DNA of 24,742 nucleotides from a virus (IMGVR_UViG_3300032240_002299:1-24742), one strand, 5' to 3'. Positions 1 to 9,812 are shown, counted from the stretch's first letter. Translations and numbers: made by a program. The notes: generated from the letters alone by a model not told the origin.

Positions 1-19
1 ACGTGTGCTCGTCCGATCT
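1..19 (+). other. Illumina TruSeq adapter remnant (assembly artefact)
   Basis: ACGTGTGCTCGTCCGATCT matches the adapter end (AG)ACGTGTGCTCTTCCGATCT at 18 of 19 positions and sits exactly at the sequence start. Confidence 0.9.
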
Positions 20-639
20 GTAAAAGAACTATTGAACAGTTAAGAGATTGGAAGATTGATATATCTAAAGTAGATCAAGAAAGGTATTATGGACTTTGTT
101 TTGCTTTATGTAATACTGTTTCTACTTTAAAAAATAAAATAGAAAGTTTTGGTGGTAGAATTCATGCAGAACAATTACCAAGTCTTGGTAGTTACGCATT
201 GAATTGCTTAAGAAAGCCAAAATTCATACTAGATTGTTTAAATAAATTTCAAGAACCAGTAATATGGATTGATGCAGATTCAGAAGTTCATTCTCTACCA
301 ATAGAGATGGATCAATTGGATGTGGATATAGCATGTGTGGAAAAATCAAATGGTTGCCCAGAAAGTGCTTTAATTTATTTTAATAATACAGATGGTTCTC
401 GTTCCTTTATAAATTCGTGGTTAACTGGTTGTGCAGTTGATGTACCAGAATTAGATCATCCTGTTTTAAAGGATCTATGGTATGGTCAACCAAAAGAAAA
501 AAGAAAATCTTTACCCGATACAGTATGTTCAGTAAGAGCAGATTCAAAAGTTACAATCATTCTTTCCAAAACGGATGGTAAAAGGGAATATACCAGACAA
601 GTAATAAATCGTAGGCAAGCAGAAGGAAAAATATTATGA
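1..639 (+). CDS. 5'-truncated GT-A (DxD) nucleotide-diphospho-sugar transferase-like protein
   Basis: Frame 1 is open from base 1 to TGA at 637-639, so the TTG start at 199 is probably not the real start. It has the motif KPKFILDCL...VIWIDADS (DxD after a hydrophobic strand) and a later LDHPVL. The first bases are adapter-derived. Confidence 0.6.
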   Translation, partial: TCARPICKRTIEQLRDWKIDISKVDQERYYGLCFALCNTVSTLKNKIESFGGRIHAEQLPSLGSYALNCLRKPKFILDCLNKFQEPVIWIDADSEVHSLPIEMDQLDVDIACVEKSNGCPESALIYFNNTDGSRSFINSWLTGCAVDVPELDHPVLKDLWYGQPKEKRKSLPDTVCSVRADSKVTIILSKTDGKREYTRQVINRRQAEGKIL

Positions 640-1274
640 ATCTTTTTATTGAGTATTTTTATTTTAAAGATGATCAAAGAAATATAGAAGTATTTGAAGC
701 AATAGAAAAAAATTGCTCATTAAGTTGTATTGATAAAATTTATGCAATAGCACCAAAAGAAACTCTAGAACATTTAATTAATCATCCCATTGGAAAAAAT
801 AATAAAGTTGTTTGTATTTCTAGAGATGAACGATGCTCATTTCAAATGTTATTTAATCTTTCTAGAGATTATATATCAGAAGATGGTATATCATGTGTTG
901 CAAATAATGATATAATTTTTACAGAAGATTTTAATAATTTAAAAAATAAAATAACAGATACTGATTTTTATTGTATTTCTAGAAGAGAATACCATAAACC
1001 ATTTACTATGGGATTTGGAAAATGGTCACAAGATGTCTGGTGTTGGAAGGGAAAATGTAATATGCAAAATTGCAATTTCTATTTTGGTGTTCCTGGTAAT
1101 GATAATACAATACCATATCATGCAGAACAGGCAGGATATAAAGTTAAAAATCCATCACTAACATTCAAGTGTTATCATAACCATAAATCAAATATAAGAC
1201 CAAATCAAGAATTTTTAGAATCAATAAGACTCGATAGAATGTTCTATCGAGAAGTTATGCCATGTGAGGTATGA
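636..1274 (+). CDS. putative glycosyltransferase-like protein (GT-A fold)
   Basis: 212 aa with an ATGA overlap to the previous gene. Motifs CVANNDIIF (NxD/DxD-like), SQDVW, FGVPGNDN and a C-terminal YHNH resemble GT-A-like proteins. Glycan island context. Confidence 0.55.
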   Translation: MNLFIEYFYFKDDQRNIEVFEAIEKNCSLSCIDKIYAIAPKETLEHLINHPIGKNNKVVCISRDERCSFQMLFNLSRDYISEDGISCVANNDIIFTEDFNNLKNKITDTDFYCISRREYHKPFTMGFGKWSQDVWCWKGKCNMQNCNFYFGVPGNDNTIPYHAEQAGYKVKNPSLTFKCYHNHKSNIRPNQEFLESIRLDRMFYREVMPCEV

Positions 1275-1275
1275 T

Positions 1276-2118
1276 ATGTTAAAAGCAATAGGTGCACCAT
1301 TTAAAATAGAATATTCTTCAAGTGGTAGTAATCCACCTAAAAACTTTAAATGGTCTAAAGATTCCGGTATAGCAGAAGTTTATATTGACAATGGCTTATT
1401 ACGGGGAGCAAACGAGGTAAAAACAAAAAATAAGTTTGGTTGGTTCTGTGAATCTAAAATTGTTAAACAAAATATATTTAATGATATTAAAAACAATTTA
1501 ATTAAATATAAAAATTCATATAATAAAATTTTTACATGTGATGAAACCCTCATCGAATTAGATACTAATTTATTTGAATTTTGTTATTCTGGTAGTAATT
1601 TACCGTGGACACCATATCAAGATCAAAAAATATATAATAAAACAAAATTAGTTTCATTACTTGCTTCTCCCAATCAAAGCACAGAAGGACATGTACAGAG
1701 AATACAATTAGCTGAAAAATTTAAAAATTCAGTAGATTTATATGGTGGTATATTTGGTAGTAAAAAAATTGGTATATCCGGAACAGAACATTATCACCAC
1801 AAAAGTAAAGCAGAAGCATTAAATGATTATATGTTCAGTATAACTATAGAAAATTACAAATATAATACTTATTTTACAGAAAAAGTAACAGACTGTTTTG
1901 CAAGTGGAACTATTCCTGTATATTATGGAACTGAAAAAATAAGTAATCATTTTGATTCAAATGGAATTATTATTTTAAATGATAGTTTTGATATTTCTAC
2001 ACTAACTCCAGATTTGTATTATTCAAAAATAACTTCTGTCAAGAATAACTTAGAAACAATAAAATCGTTTATAGGCGCAGATGATTTAATTTACAACAAG
2101 ATAAAAGAATTAATATGA
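1276..2118 (+). CDS. GT10-family (alpha-1,3/4-fucosyltransferase-like) glycosyltransferase
   Basis: Carries the alpha-1,3-FucT motif YMFSITIENYKYNTYFTEKVTDCFASGTIPVYYG. Start moved from GTG 1264 to ATG 1276 because an SD-like GAGGT lies at 1266-1270. Confidence 0.8.
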   Translation: MLKAIGAPFKIEYSSSGSNPPKNFKWSKDSGIAEVYIDNGLLRGANEVKTKNKFGWFCESKIVKQNIFNDIKNNLIKYKNSYNKIFTCDETLIELDTNLFEFCYSGSNLPWTPYQDQKIYNKTKLVSLLASPNQSTEGHVQRIQLAEKFKNSVDLYGGIFGSKKIGISGTEHYHHKSKAEALNDYMFSITIENYKYNTYFTEKVTDCFASGTIPVYYGTEKISNHFDSNGIIILNDSFDISTLTPDLYYSKITSVKNNLETIKSFIGADDLIYNKIKELI

Positions 2119-2792
2119 AAAAAATAGTATCATTTTCATTATTTGGTAATAGTCAACGATATACTGTTAATGCATTAGTAAATGCAGATTTATGTAAAAA
2201 GTTTTATCCTGATTGGAAATGTAGAATTTATTATGACAATTCAGTTCCACCAAGTGTATTAAATCTATTAAAACAAAAAGAGAATGTTGAACTGATATTG
2301 CAAAATGGTTCAGGTCACTCTAGAAGATTGTGGAGATTTTTTGCTTATGATGATTGTGATGTTTTTATCTCAAGGGATATTGATAGTCATATAACTGAAA
2401 GAGAAGTATCTGCTGTTAATGAATGGTTAAACAGTGATAAATCTATTCACATAATGAGAGATCACCCCCATCATAAGAATAAAATACAGGCTGGTATGTT
2501 TGGTATTAAAAGAACAAATAAATTACATTCATTACAAACAATAACAGAAGATTATATTAGAAATAATAAACACCACTTAGCAATGGATGAAGTATTTTTA
2601 ACTGATAAGGTATATGATGTGTTTATAAATGATATGATTGTTCATGATGATAACAATTTTCATAACGACAGGACAAATAACTGGATTATTCCGATTCTAT
2701 ATAATGATGAGCATGGTCAATTTATTGGACGACCACAATTTCCAGCAAGTATAAATCAAGAACTGTTTGTTGAATATCAAAGGCAAATATAA
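2115..2792 (+). CDS. conserved uncharacterised GT-A-like protein (RDxD motif)
   Basis: Motifs VSFSLFG, YPDWKCRIYYD, LWRF, FISRDIDS and HIMRDHPHH...AGMFG. DxD follows a beta strand. ATGA overlap with the previous gene. Confidence 0.6.
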   Translation: MKKIVSFSLFGNSQRYTVNALVNADLCKKFYPDWKCRIYYDNSVPPSVLNLLKQKENVELILQNGSGHSRRLWRFFAYDDCDVFISRDIDSHITEREVSAVNEWLNSDKSIHIMRDHPHHKNKIQAGMFGIKRTNKLHSLQTITEDYIRNNKHHLAMDEVFLTDKVYDVFINDMIVHDDNNFHNDRTNNWIIPILYNDEHGQFIGRPQFPASINQELFVEYQRQI

Positions 2793-2794
2793 TA

Positions 2795-3556
2795 ATGAAA
2801 ATAGATTATGCAATAATGAGTTCCACTACAAATCCATATTATTTGGACTTTTGGCCAATTGTATCTAAAATATGGAAAGTAAAATTTAATATAACCCCAA
2901 TATTATTTCTTGTTGGTGATTCATCAATAAAACCAACAGAAGAGTATGGAAAAGTTGTTCATTTTAATCCTGTATCAGACATACCACTGCATATACAAGC
3001 ACAATGTTCTAGATATTGGTATCCAATAAATGATTTAAATGCAACATGGATAACTTCTGATATAGATATGCTTCCAATATCTAAAAAATATTTTATAGAT
3101 TCATTACAATCTATTCCAAATGATAAGTTTGTAAACATGAATGCCAAAGCAATAGGTCTTTTTCCCTGCTGTTATAATGTAGCAACTGGTAATACTTTTA
3201 AAGAAATATTAAATTTACCAGATACTTATGAAGAATTTTTAAAGCAAATAAAATGGACAGAATGTACTTATCACCATGTTCCACAAAATCAAACAGAACT
3301 TATGATGCATTGGGGTGCCGATGAACAACATTGCAATAAAATGGTAAACCTATTCCCAGATAAAAGTAGATTTGTATTAACTACAAGACATGGCAACAAA
3401 CCAAGAGATACATGTAGTTTAAGAGTAGATAGACAATATTGGAATAGTTGGTCATATGATGGTGTCAAATCAGAACATTATATCGATGCTCATTGCCCAA
3501 GACCATATTCTTCATATAAATCTGATATTGATAGATTAGTCAATGGAATATTATAA
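2795..3556 (+). CDS. putative GT-A glycosyltransferase-like protein
   Basis: 253 aa with NPYYLDFWP, ITSDIDMLP (DxD), WGADE, RVDR and YIDAHCPRP. Island context. Confidence 0.55.
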   Translation: MKIDYAIMSSTTNPYYLDFWPIVSKIWKVKFNITPILFLVGDSSIKPTEEYGKVVHFNPVSDIPLHIQAQCSRYWYPINDLNATWITSDIDMLPISKKYFIDSLQSIPNDKFVNMNAKAIGLFPCCYNVATGNTFKEILNLPDTYEEFLKQIKWTECTYHHVPQNQTELMMHWGADEQHCNKMVNLFPDKSRFVLTTRHGNKPRDTCSLRVDRQYWNSWSYDGVKSEHYIDAHCPRPYSSYKSDIDRLVNGIL

Positions 3557-4359
3557 TGATAGCAAACACTATGCATAATTTTGGTGGTGGTAGATTGGGA
3601 AATCAGTTATTTCAATGTGGATTATTATTTTCAATAAAACACAAAACTGGTCAGGAATTTTATTTAAAACGAGGAACTGGATTTTCACATCAATTTTGGA
3701 ATTGCTTTGATGTGGATTATATACCATCAAATGGTGAACATTTAATTAGAAAAAATTATGGATGTCCTTATGAATTTTATCCAGAAGTTTATGAACAACA
3801 ACTGGGAACAATATATGATGGATATTTTCAAAATTTAAGTTATTATAATAATTGTAGAATTGAATATATTAATTTTTTAAAATTTAAAAATGAACATAGT
3901 TCATATGCTATTCAGAAGATTAGGGATTTAAAAAATAAATACAATATGCCAATAGTATCTGTTCATATACGAAGAGGTGATTATATGATAGCAGAGCATG
4001 TGTGGGGCAATTTAACAAAATCAAATTATTATAATGAAGCATTCAATAAAATTGGTTCTGAAAATCTTTATTTAATTTTTTCTGACGATCTTGAATGGTG
4101 TCGTAATAATTTTAATTTAAAACACATGGAGTTCATTGATGCTGATGAATTCAAATCCCTGTGTCTTATGAGTATGTGTGATATTAATATTGTTGCTAAT
4201 AGTTCTTTCAGTTGGTGGGGGGCTTTTTTGAATCAAACCAGCACAGTATATTTACCAGATAAATGGACCGGACTGCATGATAAAAGTTTATCATGCAAAA
4301 TACATCAAAATTATGCATTATCAAATTGGAATAAAATAGAGGTAATATGGAATACTTAA
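3556..4359 (+). CDS. GT11 alpha-1,2-fucosyl/colitosyltransferase
   Basis: The GT11 hallmarks are present: GRLGNQLFQ, GYFQN, VSVHIRRGDY, IFSDDLEWC and ANSSFSWWGAFL. TAATG overlap with the previous gene. Confidence 0.9.
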   Translation: MIANTMHNFGGGRLGNQLFQCGLLFSIKHKTGQEFYLKRGTGFSHQFWNCFDVDYIPSNGEHLIRKNYGCPYEFYPEVYEQQLGTIYDGYFQNLSYYNNCRIEYINFLKFKNEHSSYAIQKIRDLKNKYNMPIVSVHIRRGDYMIAEHVWGNLTKSNYYNEAFNKIGSENLYLIFSDDLEWCRNNFNLKHMEFIDADEFKSLCLMSMCDINIVANSSFSWWGAFLNQTSTVYLPDKWTGLHDKSLSCKIHQNYALSNWNKIEVIWNT

Positions 4360-5051
4360 CAGAAGAAGAAATACAAGAAATATACACTACTCATGTTGTA
4401 AAACCTGAAAATTATTTTACAAAATATTCAGATATGAAAACTATTGATCTTGATTTACAACAATGGAGTAAGCGAGATTGTCCAAGATTATTTTCTGTTT
4501 TAGAATTTAGAGAATGGTCTAAAAAATATGGATTTGATATTGGTAACAAATTATTTTACACATATAAAAAAGATTTTGAATTACCATATATTTATTATAC
4601 GGAAAAATATTTTTCAGATTATGAAACAAATAAGGATAATGATTTACATACAATAAATTCAAATAAAATTGGAAATGATTTTGATTTTGTATTATTTAAT
4701 CATACATTAGAACATTTATATAATCCATTAGTCTGCATGAAAAATCTTTATTCAATATTAAAACCGGGTGGATTTTTATACACAGCAGTTCCTATTCTTA
4801 GTATACCACACGATACACCATTTCATTTTTCTGGATTTACACCAATGGGTCTTGCAGTATTATGCAAACTTGCAGGATTTGATATAAAAGAAGTTGGTTA
4901 TTGGGGAAATAAAAAATATCTAGAACTAATGTATAAAGATGTATATTGGCCGGATATATTTGAAATGATGGATCAAAATAAAATAGTCAAAAATGACCCA
5001 GAAGTACCAGTACAAACATGGATATTGGTTCAAAAACCAGAGGTAATCTAA
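4347..5051 (+). CDS. class I SAM-dependent methyltransferase-like protein
   Basis: FDFVLFNHTLEHLYNP...LYSILKPGGFLYTAVP corresponds to methyltransferase motifs II/III. The glycine-rich motif I is not obvious. Confidence 0.7.
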   Translation: MEYLTEEEIQEIYTTHVVKPENYFTKYSDMKTIDLDLQQWSKRDCPRLFSVLEFREWSKKYGFDIGNKLFYTYKKDFELPYIYYTEKYFSDYETNKDNDLHTINSNKIGNDFDFVLFNHTLEHLYNPLVCMKNLYSILKPGGFLYTAVPILSIPHDTPFHFSGFTPMGLAVLCKLAGFDIKEVGYWGNKKYLELMYKDVYWPDIFEMMDQNKIVKNDPEVPVQTWILVQKPEVI

Positions 5052-5896
5052 TGTCTATAATTTTATATCACACAAATACACCAATACCAAATCATTTAAA
5101 AGATTGTATAATAAAAATAAAACAATACTCAAATATACCAATTTATCTTTTAACTGATTCTGCATATGAAATAGAAGGTGTTATAACAATAAACACTAAT
5201 CAATATTTAGAATTTCAATGGTTAAAGGATTTAAATTATTTCAATAAAGAAGATCATATGTGGAGAGGATCTTCTTTTAGATTATTTTATATAAAAAAAT
5301 TAATGGAAGATAGAAATTTAAGTAATGTTCTTACTTTCGATAATGATGTGTTGTTGTATGAAAATCCAGAAAAAATAATTGAATTAATGTCTCAAAAATA
5401 TAATGGATTCGCAATAACAGCACATTCACATGACGAAGTTGTTATGGGTATGACATTCATAAAGGATGTACCAGGAATTACAAAAATTACAGATCTATTC
5501 AAACAAGAATATGCATTACCATCTGAAACATTAAGAAACAAATATCAAGGGTATCCAACTGAAATGAGAATACTGGGAGTATATCCCGGATGTGAAATGA
5601 TACCAATTTTACCAACTGGTAGTACTACAGAACGATATACTAATAATTTTAATCATTTTAATTCTGTATTTGATCCTTCTTCATATGGTCAGTATATAGG
5701 GGGACTTCCAGCAGTTCATGATCCACAATCAAAACCAGGATGGTTTTCTGTTTTTCAAGAAATTGGTAAAAAAATAAAAGAAAATTCGATACAAGTTATT
5801 ATGGAAAATAATAATCCATTCGTGGTTTGGAATGGTAATAAAATTAAGATAAATAATCTACACATACATTCTAAATTGACAGGAAAATTTATATGA
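5051..5896 (+). CDS. putative GT-A glycosyltransferase-like protein
   Basis: Motifs SFRLFYI, LTFDNDVLLY (DxD), TEM, FDPSSYGQYIGG and NLHIHSK. Start placed at ATG 5051 (TAATG overlap, GAGGT at 5040-5044) rather than 5018. Confidence 0.55.
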   Translation: MSIILYHTNTPIPNHLKDCIIKIKQYSNIPIYLLTDSAYEIEGVITINTNQYLEFQWLKDLNYFNKEDHMWRGSSFRLFYIKKLMEDRNLSNVLTFDNDVLLYENPEKIIELMSQKYNGFAITAHSHDEVVMGMTFIKDVPGITKITDLFKQEYALPSETLRNKYQGYPTEMRILGVYPGCEMIPILPTGSTTERYTNNFNHFNSVFDPSSYGQYIGGLPAVHDPQSKPGWFSVFQEIGKKIKENSIQVIMENNNPFVVWNGNKIKINNLHIHSKLTGKFI

Positions 5897-6669
5897 TATT
5901 AAATGATGCAATAATACCCTTCCATCCAAAAGATAAAGCCACAGTAGAAACATGTTGCAATTCTTTGAGAGATGTTATGGAAATTAAAAGAATATTCCTT
6001 ATAACATCTGAAAATCCAAATATACCAAATACAAATTTTATAAACGAAAAAGAAATTAAAAATATTCTTTCAGTGGAACAGATAAAGTCATATTGGAAAA
6101 ATTCTGGTGGTAAATATTTTGATAGAGCTGGATGGATTTATCAACAATTATTAGAAGTGGGAACTGATCAAATAATACCCGATTTATCCGAAGATTATTT
6201 AACATGTGATTCGGATATAGTATTTTTACAAAATCCTTATGTAAATATCACACAAACAAATGTATTCCCATATGCAAGAGCATATACTGGTGAATATCAT
6301 GAAGACTATAGAAAAAACTATGAAACATTGATGGGAGAACCAACCACATCTGGTATTTCGTTCATCAATCATAATATGGTTTTAAATAGAACTTACATGA
6401 GAGAACTTAGAAGTTTTATAGAAGCCAGAAATGGTAAAAGATGGGATGAAGCAATATTACATTCATTAGATCTGAATGCTTGGTCTGGATTTGCATCAGA
6501 TGATTTATATGGAAACTATATGATTAAATATAAAAATGATAAGACAATTAATGTTGGTGCTATACGAGTTAAAGATATTAAACATATTCCAACACAACAT
6601 GATATAACAACATTAAGAAATCAAGGATACCACATACTAAGTTCTCAACAATGGCAGAGAGGATATTAA
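5893..6669 (+). CDS. DUF6492-like GT-A protein
   Basis: Motifs RAGWIYQQLL, YLTCDSDIVFL (DxD), SFINHNMV and GFASDDLYGNY. ATGA overlap. Confidence 0.6.
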   Translation: MILNDAIIPFHPKDKATVETCCNSLRDVMEIKRIFLITSENPNIPNTNFINEKEIKNILSVEQIKSYWKNSGGKYFDRAGWIYQQLLEVGTDQIIPDLSEDYLTCDSDIVFLQNPYVNITQTNVFPYARAYTGEYHEDYRKNYETLMGEPTTSGISFINHNMVLNRTYMRELRSFIEARNGKRWDEAILHSLDLNAWSGFASDDLYGNYMIKYKNDKTINVGAIRVKDIKHIPTQHDITTLRNQGYHILSSQQWQRGY

Positions 6670-6670
6670 A

Positions 6671-7429
6671 ATGATACAATATGATGAATATATCTGGGGC
6701 GATAAATTTAAAGAATATTTTACAGGAAAATCTGGGTTTAGTTATTCCAATAATCCCGATGTTGAGTTTGTAAAGAGAACAATTCCAAACGACTCTACTA
6801 TTATAATAACCCATAATGGTGATACTCCTGTAAATTGTGATCTTGTCGGTAATTTCCCAAATTGTAAATATTGGTTTGGGCAAAATATTATGTGTGTGGA
6901 TGATAGAGTTTTTCCTCTTCCAATTGGATTGGAAAATGATTACATAACTGGTCAACCACAAAGAAAATTAATACTACAAGAAAAATCAAGAACAGAAAAT
7001 GTTCCATCCAGATTAGTATATTTAAATTGTAATGTTAATACATGGAAGCCAGATAGACAACCAGCATATGACTATTTTAGTCGTCAGTCATGGGCTACTG
7101 TTAGACCACCAAATCATTCAAACTATCATGCATTTTGTGATGATATTAAGGATCACCATTTTGTTATATGCCCAAGAGGAAATGGATTAGATTGTCATCG
7201 AAGTTGGGAAGTTCTATATCTAAATCGTTATCCAGTTATGAAAAGATATCATGGATTAGAAAAGATGTTTACTGATCTTCCTGTTATTTTTGTTAATGAT
7301 TGGAATGAAGTAACAGAAGCATTCCTTAAACAAAAATTGGAAGAAATGAAAAATACACAATATAATATGGAAAAATTAAAATTTTCATATTGGAAAAACT
7401 ACATAGAATGTTTTAAGGAGACAATATGA
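6671..7429 (+). CDS. exostosin/GT47-like glycosyltransferase (GT-B C-terminal domain)
   Basis: HHFVICPRGNGLDCHRSWEVLYLNRYPV resembles the exostosin motif F(C)xxPxGxxxxxxRxxEALxxGxxPV. It also has THNGD and PLPIGL. Confidence 0.65.
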   Translation: MIQYDEYIWGDKFKEYFTGKSGFSYSNNPDVEFVKRTIPNDSTIIITHNGDTPVNCDLVGNFPNCKYWFGQNIMCVDDRVFPLPIGLENDYITGQPQRKLILQEKSRTENVPSRLVYLNCNVNTWKPDRQPAYDYFSRQSWATVRPPNHSNYHAFCDDIKDHHFVICPRGNGLDCHRSWEVLYLNRYPVMKRYHGLEKMFTDLPVIFVNDWNEVTEAFLKQKLEEMKNTQYNMEKLKFSYWKNYIECFKETI

Positions 7430-8301
7430 AAGTTGGTATAATATGTTATATGGATTGGGAAAGAAGCATAGTAATTGAGAACTATTATTATGCCATAAAG
7501 AACATATATGGTGATGTTAAATTAATAAAACATCCATCTGATGCAAATGGACTTGATTTAATTTTTATAGGCAATGATCATTTTGGTCATCATGTATTGG
7601 TATGGAATACTGATGAATTTATAAACATTTGTAATGATCAAAATATTAAAGTTGTTGTTATAGGTGGAGAAAAAGTTTACAATACAGTATGGAAGCATAA
7701 TGTTCCACAGTTTGAAAGAATAACTCAAATAAAAAATATAAATTATTATATGTGGGATGTTGAAGATCATAAATTAACAGATCGTAAAATGTTAGGATAT
7801 GCAGTGTCCTCTCATTATAAGGATTGTGTAAATACCCAAAATAAAATAAATAAGTGTATTTTTATAGGACAAACACTAGAGAAGCATTATCAAGATAGAA
7901 GAGATGCACTTGATAAAATTGGTAAGTATATTGATATTGATATAATATCATCAAGAGACTATTATAAGATAAATGCGAAAGAATACTGGAAAGATTACAT
8001 GCAGACTGTGGCAAACTATAGATTTGTTTTCTGTCCAAGATCTGGAACGAGTAATGCAATACCTTTTAGATTCTATGAAGGATTGCTTACACATACTATT
8101 CCAATATTACAAGTTCATAGTGATACTCTTGATCATCATCCAGAAGAGGCTGCAATAAAGGATTGTATTTTCTTTGAACAAGTAGAAGAATTAAAAGACA
8201 AACTTGCAGATTTTAAATATGAAAGATGCACAAGTAGTATTTGGTTTGAGGATAAAATCAGAAGAGTTTTAACAGAAGACGGTATTTATATACCATCATA
8301 A
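7426..8301 (+). CDS. GT-B / exostosin-like glycosyltransferase
   Basis: Motifs CIFIGQ...YQDRRDAL and YMQTVANYRFVFCPRSGTSNAIPFRFYEGLLTHTIPIL. ATGA overlap. Confidence 0.6.
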   Translation: MKVGIICYMDWERSIVIENYYYAIKNIYGDVKLIKHPSDANGLDLIFIGNDHFGHHVLVWNTDEFINICNDQNIKVVVIGGEKVYNTVWKHNVPQFERITQIKNINYYMWDVEDHKLTDRKMLGYAVSSHYKDCVNTQNKINKCIFIGQTLEKHYQDRRDALDKIGKYIDIDIISSRDYYKINAKEYWKDYMQTVANYRFVFCPRSGTSNAIPFRFYEGLLTHTIPILQVHSDTLDHHPEEAAIKDCIFFEQVEELKDKLADFKYERCTSSIWFEDKIRRVLTEDGIYIPS

Positions 8302-8320
8302 TTAATAAAGGGAGAATAAT

Positions 8321-9037
8321 ATGGGCGATTATAAAGGATATGAATATTTACCGTGGATTGATGCACCAAGTGATCCACATTCGATTTTAGTACCACTATT
8401 ACCAGATAATCCTGTTATTCTTGAAGCAGGATGTCATGATGGTTCTGATACTATCAGATTTAAACAACTTTGGCCAAACTCTACTATAATAGGATTTGAA
8501 CCATTACCAGATAAATTCAATGAACTAAAAACAAAATTAGCAAGAACAAACAATTCAAATGTTACTGTAATACAAAAAGCATTGAATGATCGTTCTGGCA
8601 CTATTACATTTTTTAGAAGTACATCGGTTCCTGGTGCTTCTTCTTTATTTCCAGATAATTATAAAAATGTAACAATTCCAGATAGTGTAACACCAGATCC
8701 GGTATTGAAACAAAAAATAAAAGATGATGGTTATAAGGATACTGAAATAACAGTAGAATGTACAACTGGGGATGAAGAATTAACCAAATTAGGAAATCCT
8801 AAAATTGATATGATTTGGTTTGATCTTGAAGGTGGTGAGTTGATAGCACTACAAAACACAAAAGCAGCAGTAGAATCTGCAAAGGTTGTAATGATTGAAG
8901 TAAATTTCATACCGTTTAGATCTGGTATGTGTCATTTTGATGAGATTAATAAATTTTTAACAGATCAAGGATTTGTTTTAAAATCACTGTGGGGCAGATC
9001 AACTTGGCAGGCTGATTGTTTATATGTAAAGGATTAA
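8321..9037 (+). CDS. FkbM-family methyltransferase
   Basis: Motifs ILEAGCHDG, IGFEPLP, IQKAL, GASSL, IDMIWFDLEGGELIAL and MIEV. SD GGAG upstream. Confidence 0.88.
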   Translation: MGDYKGYEYLPWIDAPSDPHSILVPLLPDNPVILEAGCHDGSDTIRFKQLWPNSTIIGFEPLPDKFNELKTKLARTNNSNVTVIQKALNDRSGTITFFRSTSVPGASSLFPDNYKNVTIPDSVTPDPVLKQKIKDDGYKDTEITVECTTGDEELTKLGNPKIDMIWFDLEGGELIALQNTKAAVESAKVVMIEVNFIPFRSGMCHFDEINKFLTDQGFVLKSLWGRSTWQADCLYVKD

Positions 9038-9038
9038 A

Positions 9039-9812
9039 ATGAATTTAGTGATAGGCAATACATCACAATTGTCTTATTATTTTCCAGAAGATTATATTAA
9101 AATTTCTTCCAGAAATATAGATGAAAACATATTCAATCAACACTGGGATTGTGTCTATATTTGTTTTGCAGAACAACGAACATTCAAAAACAATGATAAA
9201 TTGTTCAATGATATAAATGTTAATTATACTAAAGAAGTTATAAAAAAATTAAATGCAAACAAAATAATTTACTATTCTACAGCAGAAATGTGGAACAACA
9301 CTGTCGGTGAAATTGATTTGGATACTCCAGTAAATTATCACTACTCAGATTACATTAATTCTAAAGAAACTATAACAAATTATTTAAAACAAACATATAA
9401 TAATGTATATGTTGCATATCCTTTTAATTTTAATTCAAAATATAGATTGCCACCATTTTTGTTTGGTAAAGTAATAGATTCAATAGCAAATAAAACACAT
9501 GTTGAATTGGGAGATACATATTACTATAGAGAACTTTTACATCCAAGTTATATTGTGAATGAAACTATAGGTATGCAAAATCATAAAATAATAGGAACAG
9601 GTAAATTAATTTTTATTAATGAATTTATAAGAAAACTCTATCGTGTGTTTGATATGAACTATGAGGATTATGTTACAGAAAATATAAAAGATTATTCAAT
9701 TTATAGAAAAAATATATTTTATTCAAAACAAAAAAATAATTTTACAGAATTAAATTTACATAACATATTAGTGAAAGAAATAAATGATAAACAAAAAAGA
9801 AACAATCAATAA
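9039..9812 (+). CDS. degenerate extended SDR (Gmd/Rmd-like NDP-sugar reductase/dehydratase)
   Basis: N-terminal LVIGNTSQLS (eroded GxxGxxG), STAEMW, YINSK (YxxxK), PFNFNS and LGDTYYYRELLH align with the neighbouring Gmd. Confidence 0.65.
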   Translation: MNLVIGNTSQLSYYFPEDYIKISSRNIDENIFNQHWDCVYICFAEQRTFKNNDKLFNDINVNYTKEVIKKLNANKIIYYSTAEMWNNTVGEIDLDTPVNYHYSDYINSKETITNYLKQTYNNVYVAYPFNFNSKYRLPPFLFGKVIDSIANKTHVELGDTYYYRELLHPSYIVNETIGMQNHKIIGTGKLIFINEFIRKLYRVFDMNYEDYVTENIKDYSIYRKNIFYSKQKNNFTELNLHNILVKEINDKQKRNNQ

